Notes: generated by a model not told the origin, from the sequence alone. Shown: positions 1 through 10,700, counted from the first letter of the stretch. The stretch is DNA of 64,000 nt from an uncultured Chloroflexia bacterium (GCA_963781845.1 CAWAHN010000004.1:256050-320049); one strand, 5' to 3'. A program made the numbers and translations.

Positions 1-2470
1 CAACCAGCTCGGGATCAAGCTCGATGAGGCGCTGGTGATCGCGCCCCAGTTCCGCGAGATGGTCGACGTCGACCCGCAGGTCGGCAAGCTGGTGGACCTG
101 GCGCGCCAGCTCGAGGGCGTGACCCGCAACGCGAGCACCCACGCCGCCGGCGTCGTCATCAGCCGTGAGCCACTGACCGAGCTCATGCCCCTCCAGCGAG
201 CCACGAACTCCGACGGCCTGATGACCCAGTTCGAGATGCACGCCGTCGAGGCGCTCGGGCTGCTCAAGTTCGACTTCCTCGGCTTGTCGAACCTGACGAT
301 CCTGCGCCAGGCGGTCGAGCTGGTGAAGGCGGAGCGGGGCGTCGACATCGACCTCGATGCGATCCCGCTCGACGACGCCACCACGTTCGAGCTGCTGGCG
401 AGCGGCGAGACCACCGGCATCTTCCAGCTCGAGTCGGCCGGCATGCGCCGCTACATCCGGGAGCTCCGGCCGACCTCGGTCTACGACCTGGCCGCGATGG
501 TCGCCCTCTACCGTCCGGGCCCGATGGACAACATCCCGGCGTACATCCGGCGCAAGCACGGCCAGGAGCCGGTGACCTACCTCCACCCGCTGCTCGAGCC
601 GTACCTCGAGAAGACGTACGGGATCTTCGTCTACCAGGAAGACATCATGGCCGCGGCGATGGGTCTCGGCGGGTTCACCGGACCGGAGGCCGACACGCTC
701 GGCTATGCGATCCGGAAGAAGAAGTCGTCGGTCCTGCGCGCCCAGAAGGAGAAGTTCGTCACCCAGGCCGCCGAGCGGGGCGTGCCGGCGCAGACGATCG
801 ACGCCGTGTTCAAGGCGTTCGAACCGTTCGAGCGCTACGGGTTCAACAAGGCCCACGCGACCTGCTACGGGCTGGTCGCCTACCAGACCGCCTATCTCAA
901 GGCGAACTACACGGTCGAGTACATGACGGCCGTGCTGACCGCCGTCCGGGACACATCCGAGAAGGTCGCGGCGGCCGTCGCCGAGTGCCGTCGCATCGGG
1001 ATCGCGGTGCTCCCACCGGACGTCCACCGGTCGGATGTCGAGTTCACCGTCGAGGGCGACGCCATCCGGTTCGGCCTGCTGGCGGTCAAGAACGTCGGCC
1101 AGGGGGCGATCGAGTCGATCATCGCCGCCCGGCGCGAGGGCGGCGAGTTCCGGTCGCTGAGCGACCTGTGCTCGCGGATCGACCTCCGACTGGCCAACCG
1201 CAAGGTGCTCGAGGCGCTCGCCCGGGTCGGGGCGCTCAACGCGTTCGGTCACCCGGCCCAGATCATCGACGGACTCGACGATGCGCTGGCGACGGGCGGC
1301 GCCGCCCAGCGCGACCGGCTGACCGGCCAGACCTCGCTGTTCGAGCTGGCCGCGGAACCCGCCGCGCTCGATGCGCCGCTCCGGGCCCTGCCCGAGACCC
1401 CGACGCGGATCCGCCTCGGCTGGGAGAAGGAGCTCCTGGGGCTGTACCTCTCGGATCACCCGCTGGGCGAGATCGCCGAGGCCATCGGCCCGTTCGTGAC
1501 GGCGTACTCGGGCGACCTGCGCGACGAGTCGCTCGACCAGCAGCGGGTCGTCGTCGGCGGGATCGTGACCGGCGTGCGGATCGTCGTGACCAAGGCCAAG
1601 GCGACGATGGCGATCGTCAGCCTCGAGGACCTCCAGGGCACGGTCGAGGTCGTCGTCTTCCCACGGATGTACGAGGAGACCCGCCCGACCTGGACCGACG
1701 GTCGGATCCTGCTGGTCGCCGGTCGGCTCGACCACAAGGGCGAGGACGTGTCGCTGCTGGCCGACCTCGCGGTCGACTGGGACGAGGCGGCCGGTCGTGG
1801 CCCCGATGCGTTCGCCCGCGATGTCGCCGCGGCCGACCGGTCGCGTGGGCGCGGGGGCCGTGCCGGCTTCAACGGCAACGGCGGTGCGAACGGGAACGGG
1901 CACGGCAACGGGCAGAACGGGTACGGCCGGCCGGCCGGCGGACCCCGGCCGGCGGACGGCGAGCGGGCTCCGGTGGCGGTCGGTCCGGGACCCGATCCGG
2001 GCTCGTCGGTCGGCGTCCCGGTCGTAGCCGACCGCGTCGCGGTGGCTGCGGTCAGCCCGCTCCGGGCGGGGGCTCGCGGGATGGACGCGTCACCGGCCCG
2101 GATGCCGGACCTCGTCCCGGCGGCGGAACTACGCGAGGACGACGACGACGAGCCGGCCTTCCCGGACGAGGTCAGCGCGCAGGTCGCCCGCGCCGCGAGT
2201 GCCCCGACGCTGCCGGTGGAGGCCGGGGCCGACCAGGTCCTCCACGTCCGATTCACGAGTGGCAGCGGGACCGAGGACGCGATGGAGGCGTTCCAGCGAC
2301 TGCTCCGGGCGCATCCGGGGGCCACCCGGGTCGTGATCCACGTCCCATCCGGTCGGAGCGGCGGCGAGCTCCCGATGGAGCTTCGCTCGGGGGTCGCCTA
2401 CGACGCCGAGTTGCTCGCCGAGGTCCAGCGGCGGCTCGGATCCGGCGCGGCGTCGCTCAGCCTGGAGTAG
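1..2470 (+). CDS. dnaE: DNA polymerase III alpha subunit DnaE, C-terminal ~820 aa (5' end lies upstream of the window)
   Basis: The reading frame is open from nt 2, in frame with ORF 35..2470. DnaE blocks are present: NASTHAAGVVIS, LKFDFLGLSNLT, FERYGFNKAHATCYG, and the OB-fold VVGGIVTGVRIVVTKAKATMAIVSLEDLQGTVEVVVF. It ends in an atypical low-complexity tail. Confidence 0.93.
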   Translation, partial: NQLGIKLDEALVIAPQFREMVDVDPQVGKLVDLARQLEGVTRNASTHAAGVVISREPLTELMPLQRATNSDGLMTQFEMHAVEALGLLKFDFLGLSNLTILRQAVELVKAERGVDIDLDAIPLDDATTFELLASGETTGIFQLESAGMRRYIRELRPTSVYDLAAMVALYRPGPMDNIPAYIRRKHGQEPVTYLHPLLEPYLEKTYGIFVYQEDIMAAAMGLGGFTGPEADTLGYAIRKKKSSVLRAQKEKFVTQAAERGVPAQTIDAVFKAFEPFERYGFNKAHATCYGLVAYQTAYLKANYTVEYMTAVLTAVRDTSEKVAAAVAECRRIGIAVLPPDVHRSDVEFTVEGDAIRFGLLAVKNVGQGAIESIIAARREGGEFRSLSDLCSRIDLRLANRKVLEALARVGALNAFGHPAQIIDGLDDALATGGAAQRDRLTGQTSLFELAAEPAALDAPLRALPETPTRIRLGWEKELLGLYLSDHPLGEIAEAIGPFVTAYSGDLRDESLDQQRVVVGGIVTGVRIVVTKAKATMAIVSLEDLQGTVEVVVFPRMYEETRPTWTDGRILLVAGRLDHKGEDVSLLADLAVDWDEAAGRGPDAFARDVAAADRSRGRGGRAGFNGNGGANGNGHGNGQNGYGRPAGGPRPADGERAPVAVGPGPDPGSSVGVPVVADRVAVAAVSPLRAGARGMDASPARMPDLVPAAELREDDDDEPAFPDEVSAQVARAASAPTLPVEAGADQVLHVRFTSGSGTEDAMEAFQRLLRAHPGATRVVIHVPSGRSGGELPMELRSGVAYDAELLAEVQRRLGSGAASLSLE

Positions 2471-2481
2471 GCGATCCCCGA

Positions 2482-3051
2482 TCAGCTCTTGGCGTTCCCC
2501 GCGCGCATCGCCTGGACCACCGCGTAGCGGTCGGTGAACTCGCCCCGGACCGAGGCGATCGTGGCGGAGTCCAGGAGCAGCTCGTTGGCGATCTCGTTGA
2601 TGACGGCGCTCTCCTCGGCGGAAATGGAGCCGTCGACGGCGTCGATGAGGAAGCAGCAGCGGAAGAGGTCCATCCGCTCCTCGAGGCTCGTGCCTTCGAC
2701 CCACTCGCGGGTCACGAGGTAGTCCTCGGTCCCGCCGAGAAGCCGCTCCTGTTGCTTGGCGATCTCGACGACCAGGACGGCCTGCGCCTCCGGGATCTTC
2801 CCGTGCTCGACGACGATCTTCTCCATCAACGCCGTCTCCTCGTCGGTCGTGACACCGTCGGAGTTGGCGGCTCGCCCCAGGATGTACGCGAACCCGGCCA
2901 GGTGCCGGGCCCGGTCCGGCGGCAGCGCCTCCAGCTCGCTCACGATCCGGCGGACCGTGGCGGTCTCCTCCGACGGGGCCACCGGACGGGGAACGAGCTC
3001 GGGCTCGGGTTCGGGCTTGGGCGCCCCGCTGAAGAAGCGTCGAATGGCCAT
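2482..3051 (-). CDS. TerB-like (tellurite-resistance TerB / DjlA N-terminal type) helical protein
   Basis: Only the distal 189 codons of the 317-aa ORF look coding; the ATG is at 3049-3051 (MAIRRFF). There are two DxDGxxxxEE-type repeats (NSDGVTTDEETALMEKI and AVDGSISAEESAVINEI), as in TerB-family proteins. The upstream part of the ORF is Arg/Glu-rich noise. Confidence 0.5.
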   Translation of the reverse strand: MAIRRFFSGAPKPEPEPELVPRPVAPSEETATVRRIVSELEALPPDRARHLAGFAYILGRAANSDGVTTDEETALMEKIVVEHGKIPEAQAVLVVEIAKQQERLLGGTEDYLVTREWVEGTSLEERMDLFRCCFLIDAVDGSISAEESAVINEIANELLLDSATIASVRGEFTDRYAVVQAMRAGNAKS

Positions 3052-3150
3052 CGGATGCGTCTCCTCGATGTCGTGCGTCGGCGCGAGTCTACCCGGGGTC
3101 GGCTCGACGGGTCCGACGACGCGATCGCCGGGTGTGGTTGACTGCCCCCG

Positions 3151-5436
3151 ATGGTCCTCCTGACGGCGGCGACGGCGACCCTGGCCGCGCTGCTCGCGTT
3201 CCTCGTCGAACCGCTCATCGGCAAGCTGCTGCTGCCGTGGTACGGCGGGGCGGCGGCGGTCTGGATTACCGCCCTCGTCTTCTTCCAGGCAGCGCTGCTG
3301 CTCGGCTATGCGCTGGCCCACGTCGCCATCCGCTGGCTCGGCCTCCGGCGGGCGGCCATCGTCGAGCTCGTCGTCGTGTGCGTCCCGCTGCTCGCGTTGC
3401 CGGTCGGGCTCCCGGCCGGCGCGTCGTCCGCCCACGGGGCGACACCCGTTCTCGGGCTGGCGGGGCTGCTCGCCCTCGCCGTGGGCGCGCCGTTCGTCGC
3501 CCTGGCGACGGCGACGCCGACCCTCCAGCGCTGGCTCGCCGCGACCGGTGGGCCGACCGCCGGGCAGGGCGCCGTCAGGTTGTTCGCCGGAAGCAACGCC
3601 GGGAGCCTGGTCGCCCTGCTCATCTATCCGACGCTCGTCGAGCCGAACCTCGATCTGGACGCCCAGGCCCGCCTCTGGGCGATCGGCTACGTGGTGTTCG
3701 CCGCGCTGGTCGGCGTCGGCGTCGGCGTCGTGCTCCGGCGGACGGCACGGACGGAGCGGGCCGGTCGGATCCAGGCGGCCGGCGCGGTCGTGCCGGAACC
3801 GATCGCCGCCGGCGCATCACCGGGTGGCGCGCCACCTTCGGCCAGGACCCGGCTCGCCTGGGTGGGACTGTCCGCCGTCCCGGCTGCCCTCGTCATCGGC
3901 ACGACCGCGCGCCTGTCGATCGACGTCGCGGCCGTCCCGATGCTGTGGATCCTCCCGTTGGCCGTCTACCTCGCGACGTTCATCCTGGCGTTCGCCGGTC
4001 CGCGTCCGATCGGCCTGCGCGTCGCCGACGTCGCCCTGCCACCGCTGGCGATCGGGGTCGTCCTGACCTTCATCGGTGGCGCGGCCCTGCCTCTCTGGGC
4101 GACCTTCTCGATCCAGCTCGGCGCGCTGGGCTGCGCGGGTCTGGTCTGCCACGGCCGGCTGTCGCTGGCGCGACCCGTCCCCGAGCGGTTGACCGAGTAC
4201 GACCTCGCGATCGCCGCCGGCGGTGCGCTCGGCGGGCTCCTCGCGGGAATCGTCGCGCCGCTGGTCCTGGTGATCCCGCTCGAAGGGGAGATCGCCCTGG
4301 TGGTCGCGCTCGCGGTCCGCTGGGGCGGGAGCTGGACCGACGAACCGGCGGGACCGCCGGCGCCCGACGACAAGGGAGGCTCCGGACCGCTGGACCGGAT
4401 CCGACGGATCGCGCTCGCCGCGTGGCGGACGCCGTTCCTGGCGCGGTATGCCGTGACGGCGCTGGCGATCGTGCTGGGCTTCGGCTGGGCGGGGATCGAG
4501 GTCGATCCGGGCGTGATGGTCGGCGCCCTGGTCCTCGGGCTGCTGCTCGGCCTAGCCCGCTGGCCGATCGTGTTCGCCGCGTCGATGGGCGCCGTCTTCG
4601 GCCTGTCCCTGCTGGCGCTCCAACCGGCGATCGAGACGACCCGGACCTTCTACGGGGAGCGTCGCGTCGTCGAGGACTCGCGCGGGCGCCATGCCCTGGT
4701 GGCGGGTACGACCACCCAGGGCATCCAGCACTACTCGCCGATGGACCAGCGACGCGACCCGGTCGGCTACTACTACCCGGGCAGCCCGCTCGCCGATGTC
4801 GTCGGCATGGTCGGCGCGCGCCATCCGACGTCCCGCACCGGGCTGATCGGTCTCGGCGTGGGCGGCCTCGCCGCGTTCGGCCGGCCGGGCGACACGATGA
4901 CGTTCTACGAGATCGACCCGGCGATCGTGGAGATCGCCCGCGATCCCCGGCTGTTCACCTACCTGGCCGACACGAGGGCCCGGGTCGACGTGGTCGTCGG
5001 AGACGGTCGCCTCGGCCTCCAGGAGGCGGCTCCAGGTGCATTCGATCTCGTCGTCGTCGATGCCTTCGCCTCCGACGCCATCCCGGTCCACCTGCTGACA
5101 CGCGAGGCGATCCAGGGCTACATCGAGCGGCTCGGGCCCGACGGCGTCGTCGCGTTCAACATCTCCAACCGGTTCGTCGCGCTCGAGCCGGTGATCGCGG
5201 CGGCGGCGCGCGATCTCGGCTTGGCGGGCCTGGCCCGGGTCGACGACCCGGGGCCGAGCGTCGCGAGCGACGCCGATGCCTCACATGTCGTGGTCCTCGC
5301 CCGGTCCCAGGCCGATCTCGATCCCATCGCGACGAAGCCCGGCTGGCGCCCGCTGGCGGCGCCGATCGCCTCGCTGCCTGGACCGACCGCTACAGCGACC
5401 TGTTCGGCTCGCTCGGGACGCCCTGAGGCCGGCTAG
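3151..5436 (+). CDS. Fused polytopic membrane / spermidine-synthase-like (class I methyltransferase fold) protein
   Basis: The 761-aa ORF has about 10 hydrophobic helices in its N-terminal two thirds. The C-terminal domain is GLIGLGVGGLAAF...MTFYEIDPAIVEIA...VVVGDGR...FDLVVVDAFASDAIPVHLLTREA, typical of spermidine-synthase-like fusions. Confidence 0.75.
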   Translation: MVLLTAATATLAALLAFLVEPLIGKLLLPWYGGAAAVWITALVFFQAALLLGYALAHVAIRWLGLRRAAIVELVVVCVPLLALPVGLPAGASSAHGATPVLGLAGLLALAVGAPFVALATATPTLQRWLAATGGPTAGQGAVRLFAGSNAGSLVALLIYPTLVEPNLDLDAQARLWAIGYVVFAALVGVGVGVVLRRTARTERAGRIQAAGAVVPEPIAAGASPGGAPPSARTRLAWVGLSAVPAALVIGTTARLSIDVAAVPMLWILPLAVYLATFILAFAGPRPIGLRVADVALPPLAIGVVLTFIGGAALPLWATFSIQLGALGCAGLVCHGRLSLARPVPERLTEYDLAIAAGGALGGLLAGIVAPLVLVIPLEGEIALVVALAVRWGGSWTDEPAGPPAPDDKGGSGPLDRIRRIALAAWRTPFLARYAVTALAIVLGFGWAGIEVDPGVMVGALVLGLLLGLARWPIVFAASMGAVFGLSLLALQPAIETTRTFYGERRVVEDSRGRHALVAGTTTQGIQHYSPMDQRRDPVGYYYPGSPLADVVGMVGARHPTSRTGLIGLGVGGLAAFGRPGDTMTFYEIDPAIVEIARDPRLFTYLADTRARVDVVVGDGRLGLQEAAPGAFDLVVVDAFASDAIPVHLLTREAIQGYIERLGPDGVVAFNISNRFVALEPVIAAAARDLGLAGLARVDDPGPSVASDADASHVVVLARSQADLDPIATKPGWRPLAAPIASLPGPTATATCSARSGRPEAG

Positions 5437-5618
5437 CGCGTCCCGCCGTGACCGCCCTTGGCCTTCGACTCGACCTTGATCGCGGTCAGGTCCTCGGCCG
5501 CACCGGCGTCGTGACGACCGTCGATATCGGGCGGAGGCGGATCGGCCGGCGGCGGGCTCGGCAGGAGGTCGCCGATGCTGGTAGCGATGCGACGGAGCAG
5601 GTTCGTCAACGCGTTCAT
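5433..5618 (-). CDS. Small hypothetical protein (61 aa, Pro-rich centre)
   Basis: Its ATG overlaps the stop of the upstream VOC gene (ATGA at 5615-5618). GC3 is high in this frame. There is no recognisable family. Confidence 0.35.
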   Translation of the reverse strand: MNALTNLLRRIATSIGDLLPSPPPADPPPPDIDGRHDAGAAEDLTAIKVESKAKGGHGGTR

Positions 5619-6019
5619 CCAGGCGCCGCCGCGGCCGGCTTCTTCGGCTCGATGATCGCCAGTGCGTTCCCGCTCGGGTCGACGATCCAGGCCGCCCAGG
5701 CGAAGCCCATGTCGGCGATCCCTTCGGCGTCCGTCTTCGGGTCGGGGACGTCGTACGACTCGATGCGGACCCCGCGAGCCCGGAGGTCGGCCAGCTCCGC
5801 CCGGAGATCCGGCACACGCCAGGCGAGCTGGGTCTGCATGTCCGAGGTCCCGGTCGTGCTCAGCGTGACCGACAGCTGCGAGCCCTGCCCGCAGCGGAAG
5901 ATGATCCGCTCGTCGTCCTCCCGGAGGATGTCGAGGCCGAGCGTGTCGTGGTAGAACGCGCGGCTCAGTGCGAGGTCCTTCGACAACAGGATCGGGAAGA
6001 CGAGGTGTTCTCCGAGCAT
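5615..6019 (-). CDS. VOC (glyoxalase/bleomycin-resistance/dioxygenase) family protein
   Basis: The internal ATG at 6017-6019 gives a 134-aa protein, MLGEHLVFPILLSKDLALSRAFYHDTLGLDIL...WIVDPSGNALAIIE, with the typical paired beta-alpha-beta-beta-beta VOC pattern. The longer ORF version would run through the tRNA gene. Confidence 0.8.
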   Translation of the reverse strand: MLGEHLVFPILLSKDLALSRAFYHDTLGLDILREDDERIIFRCGQGSQLSVTLSTTGTSDMQTQLAWRVPDLRAELADLRARGVRIESYDVPDPKTDAEGIADMGFAWAAWIVDPSGNALAIIEPKKPAAAAPG

Positions 6020-6067
6020 GGCGTCCGCTCCGCGTTCGCAGGCCGTCCGGCCTTCATTCGGTCTGGT

Positions 6068-6154
6068 TGGTGCCGAAGCCGGGATTTGAACCCGGACGCC
6101 CTTGCGGGCAAGGGTGTTTGAGACCCTCGCGTCTGCCAGTTCCGCCACTTCGGC
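6068..6154 (-). tRNA. tRNA-Leu (anticodon CAA), type II with long variable arm, CCA encoded
   Basis: The reverse complement GCCGAAGTGGCGGAACTGGCAGACGCGAGGGTCTCAAACACCCTTGCCCGCAAGGGCGTCCGGGTTCAAATCCCGGCTTCGGCACCA folds as a cloverleaf. The anticodon loop is CTCAAAC. Confidence 0.92.
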
Positions 6155-6262
6155 TCGTGGGACCGTGATGGTAGCGGGTCGGGCGGGGGGAACCGGTCCG
6201 GGCCATCCACGTGCGAGGCCGGGGAACCGCGGCACCGACCCGGACGTCTCCGCCGACGACGA

Positions 6263-6271
6263 TGCTAGACT
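6263..6271 (+). promoter_or_regulatory. Candidate extended -10 promoter element (TGcTAGACT) for the ECF sigma/anti-sigma operon
   Basis: A TGnTANNNT match lies between the divergent tRNA-Leu and the sigma gene. GGAGG at 6296-6300 precedes GTG 6313. Confidence 0.3.
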
Positions 6272-6312
6272 CGCCGCGCCTCACCCAGCCCGTCCGGAGG
6301 TGGCCCCCGATC

Positions 6313-6921
6313 GTGGAGGACCGTCGCCCGACCGCGGCCGTCGACGACCCCGTCCAGCGGCGCGATCTCATCCTGATCGAGCGTGCGCGCGATGGCGACC
6401 TCAGCGCGTTCAACGACCTCGTCGAGCTGTACCAGGATCAGCTCTTCGCGCTCGTCGCGCGGATGGTCCCGGATCGAGACCAGGCATCGGACGCGGTCCA
6501 GGAGGCGTTCTTCTCGGCGTATCGGAACCTTGCCGGGTTCCGAGGCGGCAGCGTCAAGTCGTGGCTCAACCGCATCTGCGTCAATGCCGCGATGGATGCG
6601 CAACGGGCGCGGAAACGGCGGCCGGTCCAGCCGTACCCAGAGTTCGAGGACGACAGCTGGCAGCCGCCGACGGGGGAGGAGGCGGACCCGGAGCGCATCG
6701 TCCTGACCGCCGAGCGGTCGCACGTCCTGAGCGCCGCGCTCGCCAGGATCACCGACGATCAGCGCGCTGCCATCGTCCTGTTCGACGTCCAGGGATACGA
6801 CTATGCCGAGATCGCCGAGATGACGGGCGTGTCGCTGGGGACGGTCAAGTCCCGGATCCATCGGGGGAGGCTCGCGCTGCGCGGACTGCTCGAGGACCGG
6901 ATGGAACTGTTCCGTGGTTGA
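6313..6921 (+). CDS. ECF-type RNA polymerase sigma-70 family factor
   Basis: Region 2 is ERARDGDLSAFNDLVELYQDQLFALVARMV...DAVQEAFFSAYRNLAGFRG...WLNRICVNAAMD. Region 4 is AIVLFDVQGYDYAEIAEMTGVSLGTVKSRIHRGR. The start is uncertain: in-frame alternatives are 6211, 6262 and 6313, and 6313 was chosen because of the upstream GGAGG and -10-like box. Confidence 0.85.
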   Translation: MEDRRPTAAVDDPVQRRDLILIERARDGDLSAFNDLVELYQDQLFALVARMVPDRDQASDAVQEAFFSAYRNLAGFRGGSVKSWLNRICVNAAMDAQRARKRRPVQPYPEFEDDSWQPPTGEEADPERIVLTAERSHVLSAALARITDDQRAAIVLFDVQGYDYAEIAEMTGVSLGTVKSRIHRGRLALRGLLEDRMELFRG

Positions 6922-6936
6922 GGTCGTCTGAAGGCC

Positions 6937-7716
6937 GTGCCGTACCTGCCCCACACCCGCCCCGATCACGACGAGTCGCTCATCGCCCGGCTCGCCGTCG
7001 ACGACGTCGACCCACGCGAGGCCGGCGCCGCCCAGCAGCTCGTCGCCGAGTGTCCGGCCTGCGCCGAGCTCCTGTCCGATCTCAGGGCGATCGCGGCGGC
7101 GACCGCGGCGCTTCCGGCTCCGAGCCGGACCCGCGACTTCCGGCTGACCGAGGCCGACGCGGCGCGGTTGCGCCCGGGCGGCTGGCGCGGCCTGGTCGCC
7201 CGATTCGGCACCCCGGGGTTCGCCTTCACCAAGCCGCTGGCGACCGGGCTGGCGACCCTCGGGATCGCCGGGTTGATCCTGGCCTCCCTGCCGGCGAGCC
7301 TCGGCGGGTCGGCTGCGTCCGCGCCCGAGGGAGCCTTCAGCACCGTCGGCGGGCCCGTCCAGGCGCAGGACGCCGGACCGGGTCCCGCGATGGGAGTGGC
7401 ACCGCCGATGGCGGGGCCCGAGGTCCTGTCGAGCGCCAAGGCCGCCCCGAGCCCGGTTCCGGCGAACGGGGGCGCCGCCGTGAGCGGCGCTGGGAGCGGG
7501 TCGCGAGACGGCTCCCCGAGCCCCGCCGTCGCCGGCCCGGTCGCCGCCGCACCCGGCAGCCCCGCCACCTCGACGAACGTCGATCGTGCGTCGGTGACAT
7601 CGGGACCGACCGGCTCGACCTCCGCCATCACCCCGCTGACCGCCCTGTCGGTGACCCTGCTCATCGTCGGGATCGCCCTGTTCGGACTCCGCCTGGTCGC
7701 AGCGCGCATCGTCTGA
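6937..7716 (+). CDS. Putative anti-sigma factor (CxxC zinc-finger-like N-terminus, one TM helix, low-complexity outer tail)
   Basis: It lies 16 nt downstream of the ECF sigma gene. The N-terminus contains LVAECPACAELLSDL. The TM helix is LATLGIAGLILASL, followed by an A/G/P/S-rich region and a second C-terminal hydrophobic helix. Confidence 0.6.
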   Translation: MPYLPHTRPDHDESLIARLAVDDVDPREAGAAQQLVAECPACAELLSDLRAIAAATAALPAPSRTRDFRLTEADAARLRPGGWRGLVARFGTPGFAFTKPLATGLATLGIAGLILASLPASLGGSAASAPEGAFSTVGGPVQAQDAGPGPAMGVAPPMAGPEVLSSAKAAPSPVPANGGAAVSGAGSGSRDGSPSPAVAGPVAAAPGSPATSTNVDRASVTSGPTGSTSAITPLTALSVTLLIVGIALFGLRLVAARIV

Positions 7717-7744
7717 CGGGCCGTCGGGCCCGGGTACACTCACG

Positions 7745-10700
7745 GTGTCCACTCCGACCGCGTCCCGAGGCCTGCCGATGGAACGCCTGATGCTGCTCGA
7801 CGGCAACGGGCTCATCTACCGCGGATACTTCGCGCTCCCGCCCCTGACCACCTCGAAGGGCGAGCTCGTCAACGCGGTCTTCGGCTTCTGCAGCATCGTC
7901 CTGCGTGGGTTCCAGGACATCGATCCGACCTACGTCGCGGTCGCCTTCGACCTGTCCGGGCCGACCTTCCGCCACGAGCGTTTCGCCGACTACAAGGCCA
8001 CCCGGCAGCGGATGCCCGACGACCTCCGGGACCAGTTCCCCAAGGTCCGCGAGGTCGTCAAGGCCCTTCGGATCCCCGTCTACGAGCTCGCCGGCTACGA
8101 GGCGGACGACGTCATCGGGACGCTCACCGTCCAGGCCGAGCGTGAGGGCCTGGACACGACGATCGTGACCGGCGACCTCGACATGCTCCAGCTGGTGACC
8201 GACCGGACCAGGCTGATGACCACCCGCTCGGGTGTCCAGAACACGATCATCTACGACCCGCCACGGGTCCTCGAGCGCTACGGCCTGGTCCCATCGCAGA
8301 TGATCGACTTCAAGGCGCTCAAGGGCGACTCGACCGACAACATCCCGGGCGTCGCGGGGGTGGGCGACAAGACCGCCGCCCAGCTGATCCAGACGTTCGG
8401 CAGCCTCGAGGGCCTGTTCGAGCGGATCGACGAGGTGCCGCGCGAGAAGCTCCGCTCGGCGCTGATCGAGGCCAGGGACCGTGTCCTGGAATCCCGCGAG
8501 CTGATGACGATCGTCCGCGACCTCCCCGTCGAGCTCGACCGGGACGCCGCCCGTCTCGGCGACTACGATCGCGAAGGCGTCATCCGCCTGTTCCGCGAAT
8601 ACGAGTTCCGGACGCTCATCGAGCGTCTGCCGGCGCTCACCGGGGAGCGCGCTGACGAGACCGTCGAGGCGCTCCGGACCGCCGATGCGGGCGAACCGAT
8701 CCGGGCCGCCCAGGTCGCCGGTCGGCCGACCGGCTGGGGCCCGGCGCCCGCCGGCGGGTCGCGCGTCGGGCAGGCGCCCGCGCCGGGGTCGCTGGTGGGC
8801 CAGGGGAGTGGCCTGCAGCTGTCGCTGGACTTCGCCGCGATGGATCCCGCGTCCGTCGGCAGCGGCGGTCCCGGCTGGGCACCGGTGTCGCGCGGCGCGA
8901 GCGGCCCGGTCGAGCCGGCCGCGGATCTGCCGAGCGCACTGGCTGCGGCCATCGTCGATCCGGCGGGCCGGATCGAGCTCGTCACGGGCGACGCCATCGG
9001 CGCCATCGAGCCGTGGCTGGCGACCCATCCGGCGGTCGGCGCCGCTCTCGTCAGCGACGATCCGCGGCCGCTCGCTGGCACAGCGATCGCGATGGCGGTC
9101 GCCGGACCCGATGGCCGGACCATCGCCGTCGAAGGACCCGCGGATTCGGCACGTCTGCGCGACCTCCTCGCGCGGCTCGGGGTCGGCCTCGTCGCCCACG
9201 AGGCGAAGCCGTTGCTCGTCGAGCAGTTCGCCGCCGGTGGCGACGGCCCGGGCCTCCGGGTGGCGTTCGACACCCAGATCGCGGCCTACATCCTGAACGC
9301 CAGTCTCCGCAGCCAGACGATCGCCGACGTCGTGGCCGAGCAGCTCGACCTCATCCTGCCGCCGGCCGTCGAGCTGCCGCCGTTCGCGAGGGCCGGCCTC
9401 GAGGCCCTGTCCGCGATCACCGCCCGCGATCCACTGGCGGCCGCCCTCGAGCGCGAGAAGCTCGACCGTCTGTTCACCGAGATCGAGCTGCCGCTCATCC
9501 GCGTCCTGGCCCGGATGGAGGCCGTCGGGGTCGCCCTCGACCGCGACGCCCTGAGCGCACTCGACATCGAGTTCCGGGCCGAGATCGAGCGGCTCGAGGC
9601 CGAGATCTACGCCAGCGTCGGACACGAGTTCAACCTCGGGAGCCCGAAGCAGCTCGAGCAGGTCCTGTTCACCGAGCTCGACCTGCCGAAGGGCAAGCGG
9701 ACGAAGACCGGGTACTCGACCGACGCCTCCGTCCTCGAAGAGCTGCGCTCCGCCCACCCGATGGTCGAGGGGCTGCTCGAGTGGCGGACCTACACCAAGC
9801 TCCGTTCGACGTACGTCGAGGCCCTGCCGATGCTGATCGCGTCGGACGGGCGGCTGCACACCACGTTCCACCAGGCCGTCGCCGCCACCGGGCGTCTGTC
9901 GTCGTCGGATCCGAACCTCCAGAACATCCCGATCCGGACGCCGCTGGGTCGCCGGATCCGCCGGGCGTTCGTGGCCGGGGCCCCCGACGTGACGCTGGTC
10001 GCCGCCGACTACTCGCAGATCGAGCTGCGGATCCTCGCCCATGTCTCGGGCGACGAGCACCTCCGCGACGCCTTCGCCCGCGGCGCCGACATCCATCGGG
10101 AGACGGCCGCTCGGGTGCTCCACAAGGCGCCTGCTGAGGTCACGTCGGACGAGCGCTCGATGGCCAAGATGGTCAACTTCGGGATCGCCTACGGGATGAG
10201 CGACTTCGGCCTGTCGACGCGCGCGGGGATCCCGCGCAAGGAGGCGCAGGAGTTCATCAACACCTACTTCGCGACCTACTCCGGGATCAGCTACTACATG
10301 CTCCACATCAAGGAGCAGGCCCGCCAGCAGGGCTTCGTCACGACGCTCCTGGGCCGCAAGCGACAGATCCCCGAGCTCGAGGCCCGCAACCCGAGCCTCC
10401 GGGCGGCCGGGGAGCGGATGGCGATCAACATGCCCATCCAGGGCACGGCGGCCGACATCATCAAGATCGCGATGATCCGCCTCGCCGAGCGGCTCGAAGA
10501 GGGCGGCTTCCGGGCGCGCCCGCTGCTCCAGGTCCACGACGAGCTCCTCCTCGAGGTGCCGCGCGACGAGGTCGAGCGGCTGGTGCCCGTCCTCCGCTCG
10601 ACGATGGAGTCGGCGCTCGCGCTCGACGTGCCGCTGACCGTCGACGTCAAGGCCGGCGACGACTGGGAATCGATGATCCCGTTGAGCCGCGCCGACGCCG

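Noticed and set aside
985-3141. A 718-aa plus-strand ORF overlapping dnaE out of frame and running through the TerB-like gene.
   Set aside because: Its composition is Arg/Gly/Pro-rich and it carries no recognisable domain. It is out of frame with the well-supported dnaE reading frame.
5448-5954. A 168-aa plus-strand ORF between the spermidine-synthase-like gene and tRNA-Leu.
   Set aside because: It overlaps, in antisense, the VOC-family gene, which has a clear fold signature. Its product is low-complexity Arg/Ser-rich.
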